Shown piece after piece: positions 8,756 to 17,154 of a stretch of 64,000 nt of DNA. The stretch is from Bryobacterales bacterium. GTDB lineage: Bacteria; Acidobacteriota; Terriglobia; Bryobacterales; UBA6623. A model generated the notes under the pieces. It had not been told where the DNA came from. It ran no database searches and was given only the letters and a program-made list of their open reading frames with translations. The first letter of the stretch is position 1, and each line of letters begins with the position of its first letter. A program made the translations under genes and the position numbers. The DNA is taken from the NCBI GenBank assembly GCA_965263255.1, contig CBDHHA010000008.1, positions 4,549,987 to 4,613,986 of the forward strand. Direction: 5' to 3'.

Positions 8756-11401
8756 TCAGGGCTCTCCGGTCAGCATGGCGGCGATTCTGCGGAACCCGTT
8801 CGCCTGCGCCAGCGAGAGCGCCGTAGCGCCTTCCGCATTGCGCGCGTCCGCGTCCGCGCCGCGCTCGAGCAGTTCCTGCACGACCAGCGACTGCCCGCGG
8901 GAAACGGCAACCAGCAGGGCGGTGAAGCCTCGCGAGTCCGAGACGTCGAGGCTCGCTCCGCCATCGGCGAGGATGCGGACTCCCGAGAGAGTTCCCGAGG
9001 CCGCGGCCAGCATGAGTGGCGTGACGCCGTCGGGTCGCGCGCGATTCGGGTCGGCGCCCCCCGCGAGCAGCACTTCGATCGACTCCGCGTGGCCATTCGC
9101 GGCCGCGAACATCAGCGCCGAGGTTCCCTCCGCGTCAACCAGGTCGGGGTCCGCGCCGCCCGCCAGCAGCGTCGCGGCAGTCGTGGAGAATCCCTCGGAG
9201 CCGGCCATCATTAGCGCGGTTCGCCCGTCGGGCGTCCTGGCGTTCGGCGCGGCACCGCTGTCTAGCAGGACTTCCACGGTTTCCCTGTGATTCTTCCCGG
9301 CCGCCAGCATCAGGGCCGTCCCTCCGTCCGGTGCCGTGGCATCGGTAGCCGCCCCGTTCGCGAGTAGCTCGGCCACGGCCGCGGCGTGACCCCGGTCGGC
9401 CGCCAGCATCAGGGCCGTGGTCCCGCCGGGATCGCGGCTGTTCACGCGGGCCCCGGCGTCCACTAGGGTCTTGATCCTGTCCGCGCGTCCAGTCGCCGCG
9501 ACGATCCGGAGCAGCTCGTCCAGATCCTCGTCCGCTCCCGCGCGCTCAAGGTCGAGGGCGGCTTCGTCGAACCCCGCCAGAGCCGCATGGACCAGCGCCG
9601 TCCGCCCCCGGTCATCGGAGTCGTCCGGCCGCGCGCCGTTGTCGAGCAGGAACCGGATCGCCTCGGCCTGTCCGGCACCCGCTGCCAGCATCAGGGCCGT
9701 CCTCCCGCCCGACATCCGGGCGCCGACATCCGCGCCCGCCTGCACCAGCGTTTCGAGAGCCACCGTGTCTCCCCTGGCGGCCGCCAGCATCAAGGCCGTG
9801 CGTCCGCCGTCCCCTGCCGGGTCCACGCTGGCTCCCGCTGCAATCAGCGTGCGCAGCATCGAATGGTCGCCCTGGGAAACCGCGATCATCACTGCTGTCG
9901 TCCCGTCGCCAGCCTGGGCGTCAACATCCGCCCCGGCCTCGATCAGGATCCCTGCCATCGTAGGCAGCCCCTTTGAGACGGCAAGCACCAGCGGCGTCCT
10001 GCCGCCCTCGCCCCTCGCGTTCGGGTCGGCGCCTGCCTGTAGCAGCGTTCGAACAATGGAGGTCTGCCCCTCCCAGGCGGCCATCAGCAGCGGCGTCCAG
10101 CCTACCTGGCTCGCCAAGGCAGCGTCGGCCCCTGCCCGCAAGAGCGCCTCGACGATCGCCCGGTGGCCTTCTGCCGATGCCAGCATCAGCGCGGTGACGC
10201 CGCCTCCGTGGATTGTCCCGCTCTGGACGGCGACGGGAACACCTTCCCTGCTCTGCCGGTTGACTTCGGCCCCCTCTGCGATCAGGAGACGAACTGTGCC
10301 CAAGTGCCCGCGCAGCGAAGCGATCATCAGGGCGGTCAGGCCCCTGCTGTCGCTGATGCCGGGATCCGCTCCCCGGCCGAGGGCGGTCGCCGCTTCTTCG
10401 GTCCTGCCGACCCTCGCTGCGAACAGGAGGTCCTCGGACGGTGTCGATGAAGCCCCTCGAGCCCGGAGTTCCTCGACCGTCTCGACGCGGCCGAGCAGCG
10501 CGGCCTGGACAAGAGCCGATTCCCCGAGGGCGTCGACCGCGTCGATCTCGGCTCCGTGCGCCAGCAGGGTGCGGACAATGTCCGTGTGGCCGTTCGACGC
10601 CGCGAACATGAGCGCCGTCCGACCGTCGATCGATGCGTGGCGGACACCCGCTCCCGCACTCAGGAGCGAGGCCACGGTGCGCCCTGCTCCCTTCGACGCC
10701 GCGAGCATGAGGGCCGTCACCCCTCCCAACGGGACGTCGAAGTCGCCGGCGGAGATATTGGCCCCCTCGGCACCGCGGGCATCCGCGTGGGCTCCCGCTT
10801 CCAGGAGCGCGTCGACGACCGGGAGATGGCCTCTGAAGGTTGCGGCCATCAGCGGGGTCTGGCCCGAGTCGTCCGCTTGGTTCGGATCCGCTCCGGCGCG
10901 CAGCAGTGCCTGCACGACCGAATCCTGCCCGCCGGCTGCTGCGAGCAGGAGAGCGGTCTCGCCGCCGTCGCCGCGGACATCGACGCTCGCGGAATCCAGC
11001 AGGGTTGGGACTGCTCCGGTGCGGTTTCCGGCAATGGCGACCATCAGCGCCGTCTGCCCGCTGTCGTTCTGCGCGTCGGCTCGGGCACCCGCATCGAGCA
11101 GCCTTCGGAGGGTCCTCTCATGGCCTGCCGATGCGGCGGCCATCAGGGCCGAGGTGCCTCGATCGTCGACTGCGTGAACGTCCGCGCCCTCGGCGAGCAA
11201 GGCCTCTACTGCTTCGAGACCGCCGCCCAGCGCGGCCAGCATCAGGGGAGTCGTGCCGCGGTCGTTCCGGGCGTCAACGTCCGCTCCCTGCTCGATCAGC
11301 GTGCGGACCCGGAGGCTGTCACCCGCCTGCGAGGCTCCCAGCAGTGCCGTGTCGACGGCCGTCCGTTGCGCGTGCGCCGGTGCAACGTGCCCTAGCGCCA
11401 C
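8756..11401 (-). CDS. Giant ankyrin-repeat protein (881 aa from GTG 11401, made almost entirely of ~33-aa ANK units)
   Basis: The consensus G(x)TALMxAAxxGHxxxVxxLLxxGADxxAxD repeats from the N- to the C-terminus, roughly two dozen units. The true start may be CTG 11422 (see findings). Confidence 0.85.
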   Translation of the reverse strand: MALGHVAPAHAQRTAVDTALLGASQAGDSLRVRTLIEQGADVDARNDRGTTPLMLAALGGGLEAVEALLAEGADVHAVDDRGTSALMAAASAGHERTLRRLLDAGARADAQNDSGQTALMVAIAGNRTGAVPTLLDSASVDVRGDGGETALLLAAAGGQDSVVQALLRAGADPNQADDSGQTPLMAATFRGHLPVVDALLEAGAHADARGAEGANISAGDFDVPLGGVTALMLAASKGAGRTVASLLSAGAGVRHASIDGRTALMFAASNGHTDIVRTLLAHGAEIDAVDALGESALVQAALLGRVETVEELRARGASSTPSEDLLFAARVGRTEEAATALGRGADPGISDSRGLTALMIASLRGHLGTVRLLIAEGAEVNRQSREGVPVAVQSGTIHGGGVTALMLASAEGHRAIVEALLRAGADAALASQVGWTPLLMAAWEGQTSIVRTLLQAGADPNARGEGGRTPLVLAVSKGLPTMAGILIEAGADVDAQAGDGTTAVMIAVSQGDHSMLRTLIAAGASVDPAGDGGRTALMLAAARGDTVALETLVQAGADVGARMSGGRTALMLAAGAGQAEAIRFLLDNGARPDDSDDRGRTALVHAALAGFDEAALDLERAGADEDLDELLRIVAATGRADRIKTLVDAGARVNSRDPGGTTALMLAADRGHAAAVAELLANGAATDATAPDGGTALMLAAGKNHRETVEVLLDSGAAPNARTPDGRTALMMAGSEGFSTTAATLLAGGADPDLVDAEGTSALMFAAANGHAESIEVLLAGGADPNRARPDGVTPLMLAAASGTLSGVRILADGGASLDVSDSRGFTALLVAVSRGQSLVVQELLERGADADARNAEGATALSLAQANGFRRIAAMLTGEP

Positions 11402-11531
11402 GAAGGCGGCCAGCAGACGCAGGCCGCTCCTTGCAAGCTCGATACGCGTAAGCCCCTCCGATACGATAGGCCAAGATTCTCGCTCGGGACGCCTTCTGAT
11501 CGCAAGGCCCGGTCCCGTCGGGCCGTCTGCA

Positions 11532-13292
11532 GTGACAAGGCGCCGCGTCCTCCAACTATTGAACGGGAGCGTTCTCGCGCTTCCGGAATCGCGGGCCCAG
11601 CGCGAAGCGCAGCTACAGCCCTTGCGGGGCCGGTCCGCCGGGTCGAGTTCCGGGGCCTATCCGGCCAGGTTCGTGGACGTCGCGTCCCATGCGGGCCTTA
11701 CGCAAACGGTCTACTACGGCGAGGAGGACACTTCCGACTTCATTTCCGAGGCGAACGGCTGCGGCGTGGCGTTCTATGACTATGACCACGACGGCTGGCT
11801 TGACGTCCTGCTGCTGAACGGTTCACGCCGGAGCGGCATACCTGCCGGCGAGACTGCCACGAATCGGCTCTACCGGAACAACCGCGACGGGACATTCACG
11901 GACGTGACTCGCGAGGCGGGCCTCGTGCGGACCGGCTGGGCGAATGGCGTCTGCATAGGGGACTTCGACAACGACGGCTTCGATGACCTCTTCATCACGT
12001 ATCGCGGCAGTAACGTCCTGTATCGCAACAACGGGGACGGAACATTCACCGATGTGACGGCCGAATCCGGGGTCGGCGGGGACCCGCGATGGTGGAGCAC
12101 TGGCTGCACGTTCGTCGACTTCGACCGGGACGGATACCTAGATCTGTTCGTCGCCAACTACGTGGGCACGGGCAGCCTCGGGAGCCTGCCGCCTAAGGGA
12201 CGTACGACATGGAAGGGCGTGCCGGTGGCATACGGGCCCCAAGGTCTGGAACAAGGGTCGCACGTCCTGTACCGGAACAACCGCGACGGGACATTCACGG
12301 ATGTCACCGACGAGTCCCGGGTGGGTGACGCGCCGGGCTACGGGCTGACCGCGATGTCCACTGACTACAACGAGGACGGATGGCAGGACATCTACATCGC
12401 GTGCGACTCGAGCCCCAGCATCCTGCTGAGGAACAACCGGGACGGCACGTTCACCGACATAGCGACCGAGCGGGGCCTGGCCTACAGCCCTGACGGCGTG
12501 GCCCAAGCGGGCATGGGGCTGGCGATTGCCGACTACACGTCCGACGGCAAGCTGGACATCGTCAAGACGCACTTCGCGGACGACGTTCCAGGCCTGTATC
12601 GGAACGACGGACGCGGGTACTTCTCCGACGAGTCGCCCCGTGTCGGGCTCCGTGCCAGCTCCCGGCATCTGGAGTGGGGCGCCGGGCTCGTCGACTTCGA
12701 CAACGACGGCAGGCCCGACCTGTTCTACGTCTCCGGCAGCGTCTATCCCGAAGTCGAGGCCGTCAATCCCGACTATCCCTACCGGGGCCCTAGGTTCCTC
12801 TTCCGTAATGTGGGCAACGGCGCCTTCGTGAACGTGTCCGAACAGTGCGGGCCTGGTCTCACGGTTCCGCACTCGAGTCGCGGCTGCGCCTTCGGGGACT
12901 TCGACAACGACGGGGACATGGACGTCCTCGTGATGAACATGAACGAGCCCCCCTCGCTGCTCCGGGTGGATTCGCGCTCAGGCAATCACTGGCTGAAGGT
13001 GAAGCTGAAGGGCGTGCGGTCGAACCGCACGGCGATCGGCGCGCGGGTCTACGTCCGGTCGGGCGGCCAGGTCCAGGCCCAGCAGGTTCACAGCCAGGAC
13101 AGCTACCTCTCCGTAAGCGACCTGCGGCTCCACTTCGGCCTCGGGTCAGCTCGCCGGGCGGACTCGGTCCGCGTCGAATGGCCAAGTGGATCCACGGAGA
13201 TTCTCGCGAACGTCGGTGCCGACCAGTTGGTCCATGTCGAGGAAGGCAGGGGAATCGTCCGCAGCGAGCGGTTCAGGGGCAACGGCGCGTGA
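11532..13292 (+). CDS. CRTAC1/ASPIC-UnbV family FG-GAP repeat protein, paralog 3
   Basis: GTG 11532 gives the leader VTRRRVLQLLNGSVLALP, which has an RR motif. The repeat architecture matches paralog 2 (LYRNNRDGTFTDVTREAGL, DFDNDGFDD ...). The C-terminus is NRTAIGARVYVRSGGQVQAQQVHSQDSYLSVSDLRLHFGLG. The upstream part of ORF 11253..13292 is antisense to the ankyrin gene and is not credible. Confidence 0.85.
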   Translation: MTRRRVLQLLNGSVLALPESRAQREAQLQPLRGRSAGSSSGAYPARFVDVASHAGLTQTVYYGEEDTSDFISEANGCGVAFYDYDHDGWLDVLLLNGSRRSGIPAGETATNRLYRNNRDGTFTDVTREAGLVRTGWANGVCIGDFDNDGFDDLFITYRGSNVLYRNNGDGTFTDVTAESGVGGDPRWWSTGCTFVDFDRDGYLDLFVANYVGTGSLGSLPPKGRTTWKGVPVAYGPQGLEQGSHVLYRNNRDGTFTDVTDESRVGDAPGYGLTAMSTDYNEDGWQDIYIACDSSPSILLRNNRDGTFTDIATERGLAYSPDGVAQAGMGLAIADYTSDGKLDIVKTHFADDVPGLYRNDGRGYFSDESPRVGLRASSRHLEWGAGLVDFDNDGRPDLFYVSGSVYPEVEAVNPDYPYRGPRFLFRNVGNGAFVNVSEQCGPGLTVPHSSRGCAFGDFDNDGDMDVLVMNMNEPPSLLRVDSRSGNHWLKVKLKGVRSNRTAIGARVYVRSGGQVQAQQVHSQDSYLSVSDLRLHFGLGSARRADSVRVEWPSGSTEILANVGADQLVHVEEGRGIVRSERFRGNGA

Positions 13293-13310
13293 GCGCCGCT
13301 CTCCCGCTCG

Positions 13311-13330
13311 GGTCGGCTCAGCCGCCGACC
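13311..13330. terminator. GC-rich hairpin between convergent genes (GGTCGGC-N6-GCCGACC)
   Basis: A perfect 7-bp stem sits 19 nt after the CRTAC1-3 stop. It has no U-tract, so its intrinsic-terminator status is uncertain. Confidence 0.3.
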
Positions 13331-13367
13331 GAGGTTGCCGGATCGCGCAGGGATGCCCAGGCAGGAG

Positions 13368-13404
13368 CCGGGTGCCCCCCGAACGGGAGTCCCGCGGCAC
13401 CCGG
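13368..13404. terminator. 9-bp stem hairpin (CCGGGTGCC-N19-GGCACCCGG) between convergent genes
   Basis: Perfect inverted repeat lying 32 nt downstream of the TonB-dependent receptor stop (13436, minus strand). There is no clear U-tract on either strand. Confidence 0.35.
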
Positions 13405-13435
13405 AATCAAGATGGCTGTCAGCGATGCCGAGCGG

Positions 13436-16400
13436 CTACCACTCCACGCGCATGCGGAGCTGAATCGTCCTAGGCCCCTTGGGCTGTTCCGGCACGATCC
13501 TCCCGAACGACGAGCTGTTGATGTTGTTGCCGAAGCGGCCGGCGATCCATCGATGCCGATTCAGGCAGTTGAAGCAATCGGCGCCGATCTGGAGCCGCAC
13601 CTTCTCGGTGGCCAGGGGAATCCGCTTGACGACCGACAGGTCCTCGTTGAAGTTCGGGCACTGCCGGGTCTCCTGATCGACCTCCGGCGCGTTCCCCTCC
13701 ACGAAATCGCCGGGAGGCAGCCATGCCTGCGGGCGGTTGGGGGCGACTTGGGACGGGTTGCCGGCGTTCAGGATGAAGTTCCGGGTGGGATCCCCGAACA
13801 CCATGTCGCCGCAGGCGATGGAACTCCGCCAGGGCACGTCGGGAGCGCGGTCGGCCAGATTGCGGACTCCGCCCGGGATGCCGACGGACAGTCCCCCGCC
13901 CGTCGAGATCGGAAAGCCGTTGACGTATTCCTGCACGCCCGATACGGTCCATCCGCTCAGGACGTACTTGCTGAAATTGCTGGTTCCTCCCCATCTCTCG
14001 CCCGGCCCGAAGGGGAGGTCGTAGGAGTAGTTGAAGACAGCGCGATGAGTCGTGTCATAGCGATTCACCCGCTTGTCCAGCTTGCGGTTGTAGGAGTTCC
14101 GGGTGTTGCTGCCGAATGCGCCGGGAGCCCAGTCAACGTCTCCCAGTTGCTTGGCAACAGTCCAGTGCCCGAGGAACGAGAGGCCGTTTGAGTAGCGTTT
14201 CGTCGCCTTCAGCATGAACGCGTTGTAATTCATTCCGGTGTTGATGCCGGCGTCGTTCGAGATGTTGTTGAACTGCGGGAAGCGCCGCAGGGCGCGGTGG
14301 AGCGGCAGGTTGTCGGGGAACTCCGGATAAGGCTTTCCGAAGCCGGCGGCCGCTACCGCCGGGTCGCTGACCTCGAGATTGAGCAGCGGGCCGAGGTGCC
14401 AGTAGTCCGGGTGCAGGTCGTTGATGCGCTCGTGGTCATGGTTGTTCCGGCCCATGTTCGAGTAGAACGAGGTCTCGAGTACCCAGTCGCCGAACTGGCG
14501 CTGGAAGCCCGCGGTGATCATGTAGAGCACCGGAGGCGTGCCGATGGTGTGCGGGCTCATCCAGTTCGTGATGGACTGGTTGTTCAGGAAGGCCGGGTCG
14601 ATGAAGGGTGGCGTTCCCAGCTGCGAGGCCGGGAAGCCGTTGTCCCACTCGAAGTACGTGGCGAACGGAGTCGTCCGCGGCGGGGGGTTGCCTCGGGCCT
14701 CGTGGCCGGCCCGGTTGACAAACCGGACGTTCGTGTTCTGGATGGCCATGTACTGGACGCCCGCACCGGCCCGGAACACCAGCTTGTCGGCGATCTGGTA
14801 GGCCAGGCCCAGGCGCGGCCCGAAGTTGCCCCAGGTGGCGGGGCCTACCCGGAACTTGCCGTTCGCGCCCTGAGAACTGCCGTAGAATTCGAGCGCACCG
14901 CGGTAGTTCCCGCTGATGCCCGGGTTCGCGAGAGTCTCGTCGAACCCGGAGAACTGGCCGCTGTTCTCCTTGAAGGGCATTTGCACGTCCCAGCGGAGGC
15001 CGAGGTTCAGGGTCAGCTTGGGAAGGACCTTCCAGTCGTCCTGGATGTACAGGGCGTGGTAGGCCTCCCGCTCCTCCAGCGCGAGTCCCGCTGCCGTTCC
15101 GACGAAATTGGGCAGGCCGAGGAAGAAGTCGGCTAGATGGAAGCCGCCCGCGCCGTTCGTGTCCTTCGTCTCGCTGCCGAGATTGCCCTCCGAGACTCCG
15201 AATAGGTAGGTTCCCGCCGCTCCCACGCTGAGGCCCCCGGCGGCGCCGCCCTGGTCATGCCGGTTGATGCGCCAGTACTGCCCTTGGTAGCCGAACTTGA
15301 TGGTGTGCCGGCCCTTGTTCCAGAGGGTGCTGTACGCCCAGTTCGGAATCAGCTTGTTCTCGATGTTCTGGGGCGGATTGGCGCAGATCGAGACGCCGAA
15401 GCTCGAGGCCCGGGCCAGCTGGATCCAGGGACACTCGTTGCTGGGCATGCCCGAGAGGCCGATCTGGTTGGCGATCCCCTGGCCGAAGTTGTTCTGCTCC
15501 CTTCCGTTCTGCTGGTAGTTGAATCCGAACAGGACCTGGTGAACGACCCTGGGACTCTGCACCCACGAGTAGTCCGCGCGCATCCGCTGGAAGGAGTTGA
15601 ACGTCGTTCGTCCGAAGCTGTCGTCCAAGATCCCTCCCGGGTCCGTCTCGATCCGCGGCGCAGTCCCGTACATGTAGAAGGCGGAGATGCGATGGTTCGC
15701 GTTGAACTGGTGGTCGATCTTCGTCGTCAGGTCCCAGGGCTTGAACGTGCTCGAGACCGAGCCGAGATGATTCAGCTCGGGAGTGTCGCGCGCATTGGGT
15801 AGAGGCAGCAGCTGCATCACGTTCGCAGACACGCGGCTCAGCCGGCTCATCGGGATCTGGTTGTTGACGAACGGGCGGAATCGAATCTGATTGTCGGCGT
15901 CCCGGTACTGGTCCTTCCTGTCGAAGAGCTGGTTGAGATCAGGGTGCGAGAAGTCGCCGCTGCGCATGGCCGCAGTCGGCAGGGTCAGGAAGTTCGTGGC
16001 GCTGCCGGTGGCGCTCTGGCGGTAATAGGCCAGGGTCGACCAGAAGAAGGTCTTGTTGCGCCCGTTGTAGGCTCCCGGAATGATGACCGGGCCGCCGGCC
16101 GCGACGCCGTACTCGTTGTTGCGGCTGTTCGCCCGCTCGGCGGCCTGCCACGGCCGGGCGTTCAGGAACGAGTTGTTGTGGAAATTCCATACGGATCCGT
16201 GGAATTCGTTGGTACCGGACTTGGTCGCGTAGGTGATCAACCCGCCGCTGGTGCGCCCGTACTCCGCGGACGTGTTGCTCAGCAGCAGCTTGTACTCTCC
16301 GATCGCTTCCACGCTGGGCTCCGTGCCCGCTGCCTGCTCGCCGACTCCGTTGTTGGTGGTCTCGGTCGAGAGGCCGTCCAGCATGATCACGGTATTGAGT

Positions 16401-16939
16401 GTCCGGGAACCGGCCACGTTGCCCCGGCCGTTCGTGTTGTTCACGCCCGGCGACAGGGAGATGTACTGATACGGCCGGCGCTTCTGCCCCTGCACGGGGA
16501 TCGGGGCGTGGCGCATCAGGTTCTCCTCGATCGCAGCCCCGACAGTCGTGTCGCTTGTCTCCAGCTGGGCCACGGCCGCGGTGACGCTGACCTGCTCGGC
16601 CACCGCCTCGACATCGAGCTCCACGTTGACCGTCGTTTCCGAAGCGGTTGTCACGACCACGCCGGTAGTCAACTTCGTTCCGAAACCCGGCGAGGAGGCC
16701 CGCACATCGTAGGTGCCGAACGGCAGGTAGATGACGTACTGCCCGACCTCGTTGGCATTGATGGTTTGGGACACTCCTGTCGAGGGATTCGCGACTTCAA
16801 TCTCGGCGCCGGGAATCATTGCGCCGGACGTGTCCGTGACCCGGCCGTTGATCTGGCCCTGGGTGGTCTGGGCTGGGCAGATCGGCGTGATGACTGTCGC
16901 AGCGGCTATCACTGCCGCGACGATGGCTGCTCTTTGCAT
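13436..16939 (-). CDS. TonB-dependent outer-membrane receptor-like protein with an N-terminal carboxypeptidase-regulatory-like domain (TBDR-1)
   Basis: ATG 16939 is preceded by GGAGG with a 5-nt spacer. Signal peptide MQRAAIVAAVIAAATVITPICPAQ. The CarboxypepD_reg motif is GQINGRVTDTSGAMIPGAEIEVANPSTG...GTYDVRASSPGF. The protein is about 1160 aa of beta-barrel-like sequence ending in an aromatic residue (...RMRVEW). Confidence 0.85.
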   Translation of the reverse strand: MQRAAIVAAVIAAATVITPICPAQTTQGQINGRVTDTSGAMIPGAEIEVANPSTGVSQTINANEVGQYVIYLPFGTYDVRASSPGFGTKLTTGVVVTTASETTVNVELDVEAVAEQVSVTAAVAQLETSDTTVGAAIEENLMRHAPIPVQGQKRRPYQYISLSPGVNNTNGRGNVAGSRTLNTVIMLDGLSTETTNNGVGEQAAGTEPSVEAIGEYKLLLSNTSAEYGRTSGGLITYATKSGTNEFHGSVWNFHNNSFLNARPWQAAERANSRNNEYGVAAGGPVIIPGAYNGRNKTFFWSTLAYYRQSATGSATNFLTLPTAAMRSGDFSHPDLNQLFDRKDQYRDADNQIRFRPFVNNQIPMSRLSRVSANVMQLLPLPNARDTPELNHLGSVSSTFKPWDLTTKIDHQFNANHRISAFYMYGTAPRIETDPGGILDDSFGRTTFNSFQRMRADYSWVQSPRVVHQVLFGFNYQQNGREQNNFGQGIANQIGLSGMPSNECPWIQLARASSFGVSICANPPQNIENKLIPNWAYSTLWNKGRHTIKFGYQGQYWRINRHDQGGAAGGLSVGAAGTYLFGVSEGNLGSETKDTNGAGGFHLADFFLGLPNFVGTAAGLALEEREAYHALYIQDDWKVLPKLTLNLGLRWDVQMPFKENSGQFSGFDETLANPGISGNYRGALEFYGSSQGANGKFRVGPATWGNFGPRLGLAYQIADKLVFRAGAGVQYMAIQNTNVRFVNRAGHEARGNPPPRTTPFATYFEWDNGFPASQLGTPPFIDPAFLNNQSITNWMSPHTIGTPPVLYMITAGFQRQFGDWVLETSFYSNMGRNNHDHERINDLHPDYWHLGPLLNLEVSDPAVAAAGFGKPYPEFPDNLPLHRALRRFPQFNNISNDAGINTGMNYNAFMLKATKRYSNGLSFLGHWTVAKQLGDVDWAPGAFGSNTRNSYNRKLDKRVNRYDTTHRAVFNYSYDLPFGPGERWGGTSNFSKYVLSGWTVSGVQEYVNGFPISTGGGLSVGIPGGVRNLADRAPDVPWRSSIACGDMVFGDPTRNFILNAGNPSQVAPNRPQAWLPPGDFVEGNAPEVDQETRQCPNFNEDLSVVKRIPLATEKVRLQIGADCFNCLNRHRWIAGRFGNNINSSSFGRIVPEQPKGPRTIQLRMRVEW

Positions 16940-17154
16940 GTGGTCCTCCTCTACCTTGAGATGCCACGACTCGGCGAGGCCGTGACCGTGGTACCACATC
17001 CGGCGTGCTGAAATGACCGCAGCATGGCTGGACTTGGGGCGAATCACCGGATTTCCCTGCATTGCCCGGCCTGAAACAGGAGCAAGGGGACATTCGGGAC
17101 CGCGAGTGCGGGCATCAGCCCGGCCGGGATCGGCGATAGTGGAACTGCCTGTCC

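Noticed and set aside
9417-11177. 586-aa + strand ORF (plus 8373..9290 and 10556..11395) opposite the ankyrin gene
   Set aside because: They are low-complexity Ser/Ala/Pro/Arg sequence generated by the complement of the 99-nt ankyrin periodicity, with no start context or motifs.
17044-17057. GGGAAAUCCGGUGA on the minus strand upstream of TBDR-1, reminiscent of the cobalamin riboswitch core
   Set aside because: The rest of the consensus is absent. There is no B12 box (GCCACUG), no matching AAUCCGG closing strand at the right distance, and no 3' GCCAGGA-type element. This TBDR type is not BtuB-like.
17063-17154. Possible purine riboswitch upstream of the NCS2 nucleobase permease
   Set aside because: I could not find the conserved purine-riboswitch loops (UAUAAU...CUACC / CCGUAAAU-type elements) in the upstream region.
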